Positions 28,857 to 38,590 of a stretch of DNA of 60,162 bases are shown one piece after another. The stretch's first letter is position 1. The number at the start of each line of letters is the position of its first letter. The notes beneath the pieces are model-generated. The model did not search any database and was not told the DNA's origin. It was given only the letters and a program-made list of their open reading frames with translations. The stretch covers positions 1-60,162 of IMG/VR virus record IMGVR_UViG_3300042197_004886; one strand, given 5' to 3'. The position numbers and the translations under genes were made by a program. The stretch is from a virus (Duplodnaviria; Caudoviricetes).

Positions 28857-29566
28857 AGCTTGGAATATTGATCATCAATCGTAATCATATCGCATATACA
28901 ATAGATCTAATTCATAAACTGGCCGCTCAGACCAGTAAGGATTTTGAGTTGACCATAATCGATAATGGTTCGAGCGAAAGAGACACTAGACCGCGATTAG
29001 CGGAACTTCGCATGCCATTTATCAAAGAAATTAGATATACTGGCAAAAATCTTTCTCTACATACTCTATGGAACGAATTTGTTCTTAAAAACAGTTATGA
29101 GTATTACAGTTTTTTAAACAATGACATGGTGATTCCTAAAAATTTTGTGAGTGATACTCTCGAAGTTTTTAATCGAGAACCTAGCGTAGGCTGTGTTGCC
29201 CATGCGACAAATCACCCCAATTATCAGGAGTGCAAGCCACTAGAGTATGAGATTTTTTCGGATAACTATCGGCAGGGTTGGGATTTTACTATGCGACGCG
29301 AAGCCTACTCACCGGTTCCCAGGTCTCTTCAATTTTTTTGCGGTGACGATTATCTATACGAAAAATTGTATCAAAAGGGCTGGAAATTTGCAATTGTGGC
29401 CAGCTCTCCAATAATACACTTTCAAGGGGCAACTCCACGCGTTCCTGGAATATCTTCTCGAGACATTACTGAATACAAAAAACTTGGATTTAAGCACGGG
29501 AGGCTAGATGTGTGCTTTAAATTGTCTAATTTTAAACCAACCTTTTCAAAAATAGTAGAAAACTAA
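28853..29566 (+). CDS. GT2 glycosyltransferase
   Basis: IIDNGSS, FLNND, GDD. Confidence 0.8.
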   Translation: MKLGILIINRNHIAYTIDLIHKLAAQTSKDFELTIIDNGSSERDTRPRLAELRMPFIKEIRYTGKNLSLHTLWNEFVLKNSYEYYSFLNNDMVIPKNFVSDTLEVFNREPSVGCVAHATNHPNYQECKPLEYEIFSDNYRQGWDFTMRREAYSPVPRSLQFFCGDDYLYEKLYQKGWKFAIVASSPIIHFQGATPRVPGISSRDITEYKKLGFKHGRLDVCFKLSNFKPTFSKIVEN

Positions 29567-29575
29567 GTAATCACT

Positions 29576-30184
29576 ATGAGAATTTCAGTTATAATGGCTT
29601 CGTACCTAGAACATTACAGCACAGGCAAATTTGATGCAGCGACTAACCGCGAATTCAAGTTTAGACGGGCGGTAAATTCTTTTTTGGAACAAACATTCAA
29701 GGATGCTGAACTCATAGTGGTAAGCGATGGCTGTAAAAAAACATCTCTCATCACTAGACGCGAATATTTAAGCAATCCCTCAGTTCGGCTAGTTCAAATA
29801 CCCAAGCAGACTCTATTTAGTGGAAAGGTTCGTCAGGCTGGTCTGAATGTAGCCAGAGGAGAAATTGTCTGTTATCTGGACAGCGATGATTATTTTGGAA
29901 AAGATCACCTTGCAGCAATTAATAGGTTCAACGATCGGGATTACATGTGGGCATATTACGATGATTATATCTTCAATGGCACCGACAAAAGGATCAGACA
30001 TGTCGAGCCCAAGGCAAATCGAATCGGCACTAGTTCCATCTGTCATCGTCGTAAGTGCCCATTCCATTGGGCCGACGGGTATGGCCATGACTGGACAAGT
30101 ATTAGTCGTATTCTAAAGGAAAGGCATTACAAATTACAAACACCGGACTATGTAGTCTGTCATGTTGGCAAAATTGATGTATGA
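29576..30184 (+). CDS. GT2 glycosyltransferase
   Basis: ISVIMASY, VVSDG, ARGEIVCYLDSDD. Confidence 0.85.
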   Translation: MRISVIMASYLEHYSTGKFDAATNREFKFRRAVNSFLEQTFKDAELIVVSDGCKKTSLITRREYLSNPSVRLVQIPKQTLFSGKVRQAGLNVARGEIVCYLDSDDYFGKDHLAAINRFNDRDYMWAYYDDYIFNGTDKRIRHVEPKANRIGTSSICHRRKCPFHWADGYGHDWTSISRILKERHYKLQTPDYVVCHVGKIDV

Positions 30185-30209
30185 CTGAATTAAATAAAAT
30201 AAAGAAACT

Positions 30210-30860
30210 ATGAAAATACTATACAAATTAACAAGTCGGTCCAGACCGGACAAACTTCTTAAAGTCATTGAAAATATTAAAGCATTTAGTCGACACCCGG
30301 AATACACAATATTGTGTTCTTTAGATCTTGATGATAATTCTCTCACTCCAATAAAAGAGGCTCTTCATAATATCGATAGAGTAATTTGTCATTATGGAAT
30401 TTCCAAATCAAAAATACATGCAATTAACCGGGATATGGATAAGGCCGGTGATTGGGATATTCTATTCAATGTTTCCGACGATCAGCTATTTTTAGTAGAA
30501 GGATTTGATCTTCTTGTAATAGATAAGGTGAAGGAAGTCGGTGGCGATTGTTTTTTACACTATCCTGACGCAAATGTAAAACAGAAGCTTGCAACCATGT
30601 CCATTATGGACAGAAAATATTATCAAAGATTTAATTATATTTACCATCCTAGTTATATTAGCTTGTGGTGCGATAATGAAGCGATGGAGGTTTCACAAAA
30701 ATTAGGCAGATATTTTTACACTGATTTGCAAATATTTGATCATTATCATCCAGCATACGGTAAAGCCATTAAGGATCCACAATATACAAAAACTGAAAGT
30801 TATTATCACATAGATAAAAAAACTTTCGATAGTCGCAAAAAAATAGGATTTCCAAGATGA
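30210..30860 (+). CDS. GT-A-like glycosyltransferase
   Basis: SRSRP, KIHAINRD, SDD, YISLWCDNE. Confidence 0.65.
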   Translation: MKILYKLTSRSRPDKLLKVIENIKAFSRHPEYTILCSLDLDDNSLTPIKEALHNIDRVICHYGISKSKIHAINRDMDKAGDWDILFNVSDDQLFLVEGFDLLVIDKVKEVGGDCFLHYPDANVKQKLATMSIMDRKYYQRFNYIYHPSYISLWCDNEAMEVSQKLGRYFYTDLQIFDHYHPAYGKAIKDPQYTKTESYYHIDKKTFDSRKKIGFPR

Positions 30861-31489
30861 ATACGAGTTATAGTCAAAATGGAGAAGATTTGATAATTGA
30901 AGAGTACTTTAAAACCCTCAATTTAAAAAGTCCCAGATTACTCGATCTTGGGGCAAATGATGGAATAACTCTTTCAAATAGTTATAAGTTATTAAAAAGT
31001 GGAAAGTGGCATGGAGTTTTGGTTGAACCGTCTGTTGAAGCGTACCGACGGTTACAAGAAAATTTGAAGGGACTCTCAGTAACTCTTTTAAATTTTGCAA
31101 TTGGAACAAATGACGGAGTCATTGATTTCATGGAATCTGGAGCTCATTTTTCAAATGGAGCAGATATTGCGTTAGTAAGTACGATAAGCGAAACTGATTA
31201 TAATAAATGGAAACACACAACTAGCTGGAAAAAGTATCAAGTTAATGTGTTTACAATAGATACTCTCTTTTCTAAGCTAGGTTATGATAAATTTGATTTT
31301 GTATCGATGGACATTGAAGGAATGGACTTACATGTACTTAAACAGATGGATCTTAGCCGCATGGAAGTAAAGTGTATGTGTGTGGAACACAATGGTAAAG
31401 ATATTGATCACTACGTCAACTATTGTCAAAAATACGGACTTATTGAAACTTCTAGAAATGCTGAAAATATTATTTTTATAAAAAAATGA
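30857..31489 (+). CDS. FkbM-family methyltransferase
   Basis: YSQNGED, LDLGANDG..SN, VEP, SMDIEGMD. Confidence 0.88.
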   Translation: MNTSYSQNGEDLIIEEYFKTLNLKSPRLLDLGANDGITLSNSYKLLKSGKWHGVLVEPSVEAYRRLQENLKGLSVTLLNFAIGTNDGVIDFMESGAHFSNGADIALVSTISETDYNKWKHTTSWKKYQVNVFTIDTLFSKLGYDKFDFVSMDIEGMDLHVLKQMDLSRMEVKCMCVEHNGKDIDHYVNYCQKYGLIETSRNAENIIFIKK

Positions 31490-32052
31490 AACCTGCCCCT
31501 CTTCTTTCAATATTGATATGTTCTCTACATAAGAGAATCGATAAATTATCAAATTTATTATCGACTTTGAATCCACAAGTAGACTCGTACCCTAACCTGG
31601 TTGAACTAATTGTAAATATGGACAATAAGATTTTGTCTACTGGTAAAAAAAGACAACTATTGTTAGAACAAGCTTCTGGTGAATATATTGTTTTCATAGA
31701 CGACGACGACCACATCGACCATGAATATGTGTCTCTAATACTTTCTGCTTTAAAGACTAAGCCAGATTGTGTTGCTACTACTGGATGGTATACCAGTGAT
31801 AATGGAGAAAAAACAGTATGGTTTCTTTCTAAGGATTTGGAAAATGAGAATAAAAACGGTTATTTCTATAGAACAACGAATCATATAAGTCCAGTTAAAA
31901 GAGAGCTTGCGTTAGCCGTAGGATTTAAACCTATTTCATTTGGCGAAGACGCAGACTATAGCGCTCGATTAAAACCGTTGTTAAAGTCTGAAACTAAAAT
32001 AAATAAGCTTATCTATCATTACGATTTTAAAAGTACAAATAAAGAATATTAA
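31486..32052 (+). CDS. GT2 glycosyltransferase
   Basis: LSILICS, ASGEYIVFIDDDD, GED. Confidence 0.82.
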   Translation: MKPAPLLSILICSLHKRIDKLSNLLSTLNPQVDSYPNLVELIVNMDNKILSTGKKRQLLLEQASGEYIVFIDDDDHIDHEYVSLILSALKTKPDCVATTGWYTSDNGEKTVWFLSKDLENENKNGYFYRTTNHISPVKRELALAVGFKPISFGEDADYSARLKPLLKSETKINKLIYHYDFKSTNKEY

Positions 32053-32055
32053 TTT

Positions 32056-32826
32056 ATGAATTCCAATACTAAATTACAATTACCTTCTGTGACTCTCATG
32101 TGCATAGATTGTGTTGATGTAAATAGAGCAATTGCCGTTGTAGAACATTGTAAAACACTTTGCGATTTCGGCAAAGTTAAAGTCTTAACTAGTTTGCCTA
32201 CTGATTATGAGCATATTAAAATAATGCCTCTTAATTCGCTTGTAGAATATTCCATTTTTATGTTGACTGAGTGTAGTAAATATATTGATACTGAACACGT
32301 ATTAATTATTCAAAGAGACGGGTGGATCCTAAATACTAAAACTTGGGACAATGAGTGGTTAAATTACGATTATCTTGCTCCAGTGTTCAATCAATATGAC
32401 ATCGTTGGAAGTGGAGGATTCTCGTTTAGGTCTAAAAAATTAATGGACACTCTTACTGAATGGATGCCAAAATGGGATGGTACCCCTGATGGAGCGAACG
32501 AAATTCAATCACAAGTTGGGTATTATGAAGATGGTGTTATTGCATTCAGTGAAGAACTAAGAAAAAAATTTAATTATGCGCCAATTGATGCTGCAAATAA
32601 ATTTGCGCAAGGAGGAAGTATGAATCTTGAAACATACTATGAATTTCCATTTGGATTTCATGGATCCGCTAGAGTTATAAATCATGAAACTGGAGAAGTT
32701 GGCCCTCCTTCCGATTGTGATCATGATGGACTATGTGGCTGCACTCATAAAAAAGGATTTGCTGCAAAGCAATTAGAACTTAAGCTTATTGAGCTTATGA
32801 AAAAATACACAAACTACAATGGATAA
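32056..32826 (+). CDS. DUF5672-like glycosyltransferase-associated protein
   Basis: LIIQRDG, W..EWLNYDYLAP, VGSGGFSFRSKK, ED, PFGFH. Confidence 0.7.
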   Translation: MNSNTKLQLPSVTLMCIDCVDVNRAIAVVEHCKTLCDFGKVKVLTSLPTDYEHIKIMPLNSLVEYSIFMLTECSKYIDTEHVLIIQRDGWILNTKTWDNEWLNYDYLAPVFNQYDIVGSGGFSFRSKKLMDTLTEWMPKWDGTPDGANEIQSQVGYYEDGVIAFSEELRKKFNYAPIDAANKFAQGGSMNLETYYEFPFGFHGSARVINHETGEVGPPSDCDHDGLCGCTHKKGFAAKQLELKLIELMKKYTNYNG

Positions 32827-33700
32827 AAAGATAACACATTTACGAAAAACTGATATACATAGCACGTTAACTACGTGGATATACTGCCATTTTGCGATGA
32901 TGTGGGCAGCCGAGCAGCAGGGATTATTATCCTACATTGATTGGCATGAGGGAGGCTTTTTAAAATCTTATGAAGACAAAGAAATGTTCGCAAAGAGCCC
33001 CAACGCGTATGACTGGTACTTTAAACAACCGATGGTTCCCTTTGCTGGGGGTGCCAAAGAGATACGTACATGGGAAACATGGCAAGATCCTTCGCCAATT
33101 CCGTTCATGGCACAACCGCTTTCAGTAATTAAGGACTACTATAAAAAACATCTTGTTTTCAATGACTATGTTAACGAAAGAGGAAAGCAAATAGTAGATA
33201 GGTATGGAATCGATTTTAGTAAGACCATTGGAATTACGTGGAGAGGAACAGACATTTATTTAGAAAGTTTAAACGGAAATTCAGGCAGAAAATATACACC
33301 TATTGAATATTATTTCCCTTGGATAGATAAGGCATTGGAGCAGATTCCTGATGCACGTATAGCGTGTACCAGCGAAGAAACTGGAATACTCGAACCTTTA
33401 TTTAAAAGATACCCACAGGCATTTATGATTGACGAATTTTATCAGGCCCCAAAGGGAAGCAAAGATAATCCTGAAAGATTTAGCCCAGTAAGCGGATTTG
33501 AAAGAGGATTGCAACCAGCATTAATGGTATGGTTATTCAGCAAGTGTGCATGGTTAATAAAAAATAGAGCAAGTACAAGTGCAGTTGCTTCTTGGTTAAG
33601 CGATGGGGAGATAGTGAATATCTGTCACACCGAAATATTAGGATTTCCTCCACACCTTGATGGGATTGAATATAAAGGTCAAGTATATCCAATAATATAA
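32819..33700 (+). CDS. Fucosyltransferase-like (NodZ/O-FucT) glycosyltransferase
   Basis: TIGITWRGTD (GxHxRxTD-like), LFSKC..LI...S..S. Confidence 0.6.
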   Translation: MDKKITHLRKTDIHSTLTTWIYCHFAMMWAAEQQGLLSYIDWHEGGFLKSYEDKEMFAKSPNAYDWYFKQPMVPFAGGAKEIRTWETWQDPSPIPFMAQPLSVIKDYYKKHLVFNDYVNERGKQIVDRYGIDFSKTIGITWRGTDIYLESLNGNSGRKYTPIEYYFPWIDKALEQIPDARIACTSEETGILEPLFKRYPQAFMIDEFYQAPKGSKDNPERFSPVSGFERGLQPALMVWLFSKCAWLIKNRASTSAVASWLSDGEIVNICHTEILGFPPHLDGIEYKGQVYPII

Positions 33701-33720
33701 TAACAATACTCTCGAGAAAT

Positions 33721-34689
33721 ATGAATTACTGCGTACTAACAACTATTAATAAGCCGACCAAGGCAATCGAAGAACTTTATAAGAAGTTCGGAAATAATCT
33801 CATTATTGTAGGAGACAAAAAAACACCCAATGATTGGGACTACAACGGCATTAAGCCAATTTTAGGCACTACGAGTTTCGCTCCCGACAACCACTATGCA
33901 AAAAAGAATTTAGGTTACTTGGAAGCAATGAAAAAAGGTGCAAAATTAATCTATGATACAGACGATGATAACATTCCCAATGATACATGGAGTATCAGGA
34001 AATTAGAAACAGAGACAGACTTTTCTAAAACTGAGAAAGGATGGTACAATGTATATTCTTATTTTAAAACTAATATTTGGCCTAGAGGATTTCCTTTAAA
34101 TATGATAGGGCAGACTACGGCAAGCTCAGCAGGACATGGTGTGGTTCTAAGTTCTATTCAACAGGGTCTATCTGATGGAGAGCCCGACGTAGATTCAATT
34201 GCACGATTGGTACTAAAGGATAGAGATACTATATTTGCTGACAATCGAAGTATTAATTTGCAACCTTATACATGGAGTCCATTTAATTCTCAGACTACAT
34301 GGTGGTTCCCAAAAGCCTTTCCATTAATGTATCTGCCAGTTAACTGTTCATTTCGAATGACTGACATTTGGAGAAGTTTCATTGCACAAAGATGTTTGTG
34401 GGAAATTGGCGAATGTGTTACTTTTCATTCGCCCTCCGAAGTAATTCAAGAACGTAACGATCATAACCTAATGAAGGATTTTGAGGATGAAGTGCCGGGA
34501 TATCTTTTAAACGAAAAGATTATTGAAGTATTGAATGATTTATTTTTGAAAAGTGGAGAAGAATTCATGTGCGAAAACTTATTAACTTGCTATGAGGCCC
34601 TGGTAACAAACAAAATTTTACCATTAAAGGAAATTGATTCAGTAAAAAAATGGATAAGCGATTATGAAACTACAAGAAATTTGGAATAA
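33721..34689 (+). CDS. STELLO/DUF288-like glycosyltransferase
   Basis: TTIN.PT, VGDKKTP, KNLGYL.A, IYDTDDDN, WPRGFPL, PFNSQ.T, FRMTDIWRS. Confidence 0.8.
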   Translation: MNYCVLTTINKPTKAIEELYKKFGNNLIIVGDKKTPNDWDYNGIKPILGTTSFAPDNHYAKKNLGYLEAMKKGAKLIYDTDDDNIPNDTWSIRKLETETDFSKTEKGWYNVYSYFKTNIWPRGFPLNMIGQTTASSAGHGVVLSSIQQGLSDGEPDVDSIARLVLKDRDTIFADNRSINLQPYTWSPFNSQTTWWFPKAFPLMYLPVNCSFRMTDIWRSFIAQRCLWEIGECVTFHSPSEVIQERNDHNLMKDFEDEVPGYLLNEKIIEVLNDLFLKSGEEFMCENLLTCYEALVTNKILPLKEIDSVKKWISDYETTRNLE

Positions 34690-35230
34690 GTTAAGTTTAC
34701 AAGGCTATGCTTCCGATAAAGGGGATATACATAGCTATTTGCCAGTATATGAAGAAATATTGGCACCATACCGTGAAACTGCTAAGAATGTTCTTGAAAT
34801 AGGATTATTTCATGGTCATTCTTTAAGGATGTGGGAACAATATTTTACCAATGCCGATGTTTACGGCATTGATTGTAGTGAAACACCTCACGATGGAATG
34901 GCAGATCTCAGGCCTATGATTGCAGAGGGCACTCATAACATTAATATCATGGACGCCTGTAACAAATCAGAAGTAAAAAAAGTATTTGAAGGTAAAATGT
35001 TTGATTGCATTATAGAGGATGCAGGTCATGCCATTTCTCAGCAGTTTGAGCTTTATTCTATTTGGAAAAAATATCTTTCTCCAAATGGTATTTATATAAT
35101 TGAGGATGTTCAAGATATAGATAATGACATATCGAGATTAAAATGCATCGACCCCGACAAAGAAATAAAAATCATCGATCGTCGATACTTGAAAAACAGA
35201 TATGATGACGTATTAATCATCATACATTAA
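34664..35230 (+). CDS. Class I SAM-dependent (sugar) O-methyltransferase
   Basis: DK..HSY...YE, VLEIG...G.SL.MW, IIED..H, GIYIIED. Confidence 0.82.
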   Translation: MKLQEIWNKLSLQGYASDKGDIHSYLPVYEEILAPYRETAKNVLEIGLFHGHSLRMWEQYFTNADVYGIDCSETPHDGMADLRPMIAEGTHNINIMDACNKSEVKKVFEGKMFDCIIEDAGHAISQQFELYSIWKKYLSPNGIYIIEDVQDIDNDISRLKCIDPDKEIKIIDRRYLKNRYDDVLIIIH

Positions 35231-35254
35231 TTTTTTCTTTAAAAATATTTTTTG

Positions 35255-35437
35255 ATGAAAGAAATAACCCCATCTCAGCTTGCTAATCAGTTCGTAAACG
35301 ACGAAGACCTCGGTAGAGAAATTCGCAAGCATGTACTAGATTCTCACGAAAAAAACACTATTTTGGCAAATCTCGCGTTGGGCTTTCCAAACGACTTTGA
35401 TCTTGGTCAAAAGATCAGAGCACTCTTTGTCGACTAA
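35255..35437 (+). CDS. Small hypothetical protein with a duplicated NDxDLGxxIR motif
   Basis: NDEDLGREIR and NDFDLGQKIR. Confidence 0.6.
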   Translation: MKEITPSQLANQFVNDEDLGREIRKHVLDSHEKNTILANLALGFPNDFDLGQKIRALFVD

Positions 35438-35481
35438 AACTCTTTATCCGTTTTTTAGTTCTTAATAAATAAAAGCGACAC

Positions 35482-36372
35482 ATGGAAAAAACAATAATAG
35501 TCGCCGAAATCGGCATTAACTATGCGTATGGCGAGGATCCTGCTCGATTTGTCGATAATGTCAAGCGACTGATTGATATTGCCTCTATTGCTGGCGCAGA
35601 CTACGTTAAATTTCAAAAGAGGGATCCTCACGTCTGTGTGCCTATGGCTGAACGTGAAGCCCCAAAGTCCGTTCCTTGGAGAAGAGAGCCGACTACTTAT
35701 TTTCAGTATAAGCTCGATATTGAGCTCTCGTTAGAGCAGTACAAGGAGATCGATGCCTACTGCGATCAGAAGGGCATGCTCTGGTTTGCCTCTGCTTGGG
35801 ACAAGAACTCAGTTGATTTTTTGCGTAAGTTTCAGACTAAACTGCCCAATGGAAAATGGGGCACAGTAATAAAGATTCCATCGGCTTTAATCCATGATCT
35901 TGAGTTAGTAGAGTATGCTAGAGACTGTTCGGACTTTCTCCTTATCTCTACTGGCATGAGTACCCAAGAGGAAATAGACCTTGCTATCGAGGAAGGCCGA
36001 CCGAACGTCGTATTTCACACCAACTCCAGTTATCCTGCTCCAATAAACGAATTAAATATGGAGTATATTCGTTATCTTTCTCATTTGAATGCATCACGAG
36101 AATTTAACAATGCATTTGAAGTAGGATATTCATCTCATGAAAGATCGATTGTTACTTGTGCTTCATCTATTTTATATGGAGCAACTTGGATAGAGAGACA
36201 TATCACAATAGATAGAAATTTCTGGGGAAGTGATCAGTTGAGTTCATCAGATCTTCCTGAATTTGCATCGTTAATTAAAAACATTCGCGAAATAGAGTCA
36301 TCTAGAGGCATATATGGATTGCGTAAAGTATTTAAGTCAGAATTACATAAAAAGAAGACTTTAAGAGGATAA
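35482..36372 (+). CDS. neuB: N-acetylneuraminate/nonulosonate synthase (no C-terminal SAF domain)
   Basis: IVAEIGIN, GADYVKFQKR, KIPSA, ISTGMST, HTNSSYP, GYSSHE, IERHIT. Confidence 0.9.
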   Translation: MEKTIIVAEIGINYAYGEDPARFVDNVKRLIDIASIAGADYVKFQKRDPHVCVPMAEREAPKSVPWRREPTTYFQYKLDIELSLEQYKEIDAYCDQKGMLWFASAWDKNSVDFLRKFQTKLPNGKWGTVIKIPSALIHDLELVEYARDCSDFLLISTGMSTQEEIDLAIEEGRPNVVFHTNSSYPAPINELNMEYIRYLSHLNASREFNNAFEVGYSSHERSIVTCASSILYGATWIERHITIDRNFWGSDQLSSSDLPEFASLIKNIREIESSRGIYGLRKVFKSELHKKKTLRG

Positions 36373-36397
36373 ATAACTAAAATAGGTTATTCAGGAT

Positions 36398-37363
36398 ATG
36401 AATCAAATTAGTTGTAAAATATGTAATGAAACAGACTTAGCTAAAATGAAAAGTGCAGTCTTTAAAAAAACGAATAGCAGAAAATACTATAATATTTGTA
36501 TATCATGCTATTCAAAAAAGATGAAAGACTCTCTATTGGCTACTTGTAAAAACTATTCTACTGAAAAAATAGAAAAAGCTAAACAAAAAAGAAAAGAAAC
36601 TAATTTGAAAAAATATGGAACTGCCTTCCCTCAAAAATTAGATTCAGTAAAATTAAAAACGAAGCAAAATAATTTATTAAAACATGGAGTTGAAAATCCT
36701 TGGCAATCCAAACAAATTAAAGACAAAATAAAAAAGACTAATTTAGAAAGATATGGAGTTGAATATGTTTCTCAATCTAATCTTATTAAAAATAAAAAAT
36801 TAAATTCATGGTTTTCTAAAAAACCAGAAGAACGTCAAAAAATAATAAATAAAGCAAATTCAACAAAGAGATCGAAGACTGATTCTCAAAAATTAAAAAC
36901 TAAGGAGCTGAGAGAAAACACAAATTTACATAAATATGGAGTCAAAAATATTGGTCAATTAAATTATTCATATTCTAAAATATCTCAAGAATTATTTAAT
37001 TCGATATATTTAAAATTACCCATATTTCTTCAGCAAAAAACGTATTACGCATCATTAAATTTTGAATTTATACGAAAATTTAATGAATCAACGTACTTAT
37101 ATGATTTTACCATAACATCAATAAAGAAAATTATAGAGTTTAATGGAGATCTATGGCATGCGAATCCACTAAAATATCCTGATCCTAACTTAAAAATGAA
37201 AAGATTAAATGGAATTACGTGTAAAGAAATATGGGATAGAGATTTTAAAAAAATACAACACGTCGAGTCAATTGGATATTCTGTTAAGGTCATTTGGGAA
37301 AACGACTATGTAAAAAATAAAGAAGAAACCGTCGCTTCTTGTATATCATGGCTGTTAAATTAG
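36398..37363 (+). CDS. Free-standing homing endonuclease (Vsr/DUF559-like C-terminus, repeated TNLxKYGV motifs)
   Basis: KETNLKKYG, KTNLERYGVE repeats; YDF...IIEFNGDLWH...WDRD..K...GYSVKVIWE; AT-rich. Confidence 0.8.
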   Translation: MNQISCKICNETDLAKMKSAVFKKTNSRKYYNICISCYSKKMKDSLLATCKNYSTEKIEKAKQKRKETNLKKYGTAFPQKLDSVKLKTKQNNLLKHGVENPWQSKQIKDKIKKTNLERYGVEYVSQSNLIKNKKLNSWFSKKPEERQKIINKANSTKRSKTDSQKLKTKELRENTNLHKYGVKNIGQLNYSYSKISQELFNSIYLKLPIFLQQKTYYASLNFEFIRKFNESTYLYDFTITSIKKIIEFNGDLWHANPLKYPDPNLKMKRLNGITCKEIWDRDFKKIQHVESIGYSVKVIWENDYVKNKEETVASCISWLLN

Positions 37364-37403
37364 TACAATTACTTTTAAACATTTTAAAATCTTTACGTGG
37401 AAA

Positions 37404-37706
37404 ATGAAAATCACACCAAAAAAAGTATTTCAATTCATCGAGGGCAACTTGAAACTGCTCGGCGACCGTATGCACCTCCTTCCAGTGCACGAACGTGAGC
37501 AGGTGCTCTACCGATCACAGATCTGTAAAGACGACTGCATGGTCTATGAATACTGTACTTACTGTGGCTGCTCTATTCCAGGTAAGCTATACGTGAAGGA
37601 GTCCTGCAACGGCGGTGAGCGATTTCCCGACCTGATGGGGGCCAAAGAGTGGGAAGAGTACAAGTTAAAAAACAATATTGAGATCAAAGGTGACCTACTT
37701 CATTGA
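37404..37706 (+). CDS. Cys-rich hypothetical protein
   Basis: CKDDC...CTYCGC...SC motif. Confidence 0.7.
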   Translation: MKITPKKVFQFIEGNLKLLGDRMHLLPVHEREQVLYRSQICKDDCMVYEYCTYCGCSIPGKLYVKESCNGGERFPDLMGAKEWEEYKLKNNIEIKGDLLH

Positions 37707-37995
37707 TATCGACGACACTATCTGTACCCTGTCGGGCACAATGCAGTACGAGACCGCTCAACCCATCGCAAAGGCTATTGAAAAAGTTAATCGTCTCTTT
37801 GAGGAAGGACACAGAGTTATTTTCTGGACTGCTAGAGGAACCAAATCCGGTCTGGATTGGAGACAATTAACAGAGGCTCAGCTCCTCTCTTGGGGCGTCC
37901 AGTATCACGAGTTAAGGTTCGGTAAGCCAGTATACGATGTCTTTATCGACGACAAAAATATCAACTCGGAGGACTGGTTAAATGCAAAAGACTAG
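37690..37995 (+). CDS. Small HAD-superfamily phosphatase
   Basis: DIDDT, WTARG, GKP.YD.FIDDK. Confidence 0.85.
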   Translation: MTYFIDIDDTICTLSGTMQYETAQPIAKAIEKVNRLFEEGHRVIFWTARGTKSGLDWRQLTEAQLLSWGVQYHELRFGKPVYDVFIDDKNINSEDWLNAKD

Positions 37996-38590
37996 AGTAC
38001 TTCTGCTGGGAAACAGCCCCCAAATAAATGAGATTCAATTTGATCTTCTACAGGAGGGAATCATCACGCTTGGCTTGAATCGAATCTGGTTAAAACACAT
38101 TCCTGATTACTTTTTCTTTCACGATCTAATTATCTCAAACGAGCTCAGTCGACAGCCTGAAATCCTTGCACAGCTTATCCAAAATTCTACTATTTTTTCA
38201 AGCGAATGGATTCGAAAGAACAAGAACAACGTTATTCCTAAATGGACTACCTCCTATCCTATGCCGCCATCTCAAGGTTTTCCAGATTCGGCTTCGCTCT
38301 CGATACAGATATTTTCAAAGCATATCATGAAGAGCAAACGGGTTTCGTTTTATGTTGCTGGGGTACCTCTGCTTTGGCAGGAGCCTAGCCATTTTTGGAA
38401 ACAACTTGAATACTCTCCCAGCGCGGCTGGCGACAAGGCCTGGTATGACCACCGCTTTCCTAAAATGTTACAAAACTTTAGAACTTTAAAGAATTTGGGC
38501 TATGATATCACGTCGGTCACTCCAGGATCTGCTTTAAACAAGCTCTTTCGTTACGAGAGCATTGAGAATCTCTATAAGAAGAGACTATAG
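37982..38590 (+). CDS. DUF115/MAF-like glycosylation-associated protein
   Basis: LLLGNSPQI, TLGLNRIW, PDYFFFHD, YVAGV. Confidence 0.55.
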   Translation: MQKTRVLLLGNSPQINEIQFDLLQEGIITLGLNRIWLKHIPDYFFFHDLIISNELSRQPEILAQLIQNSTIFSSEWIRKNKNNVIPKWTTSYPMPPSQGFPDSASLSIQIFSKHIMKSKRVSFYVAGVPLLWQEPSHFWKQLEYSPSAAGDKAWYDHRFPKMLQNFRTLKNLGYDITSVTPGSALNKLFRYESIENLYKKRL

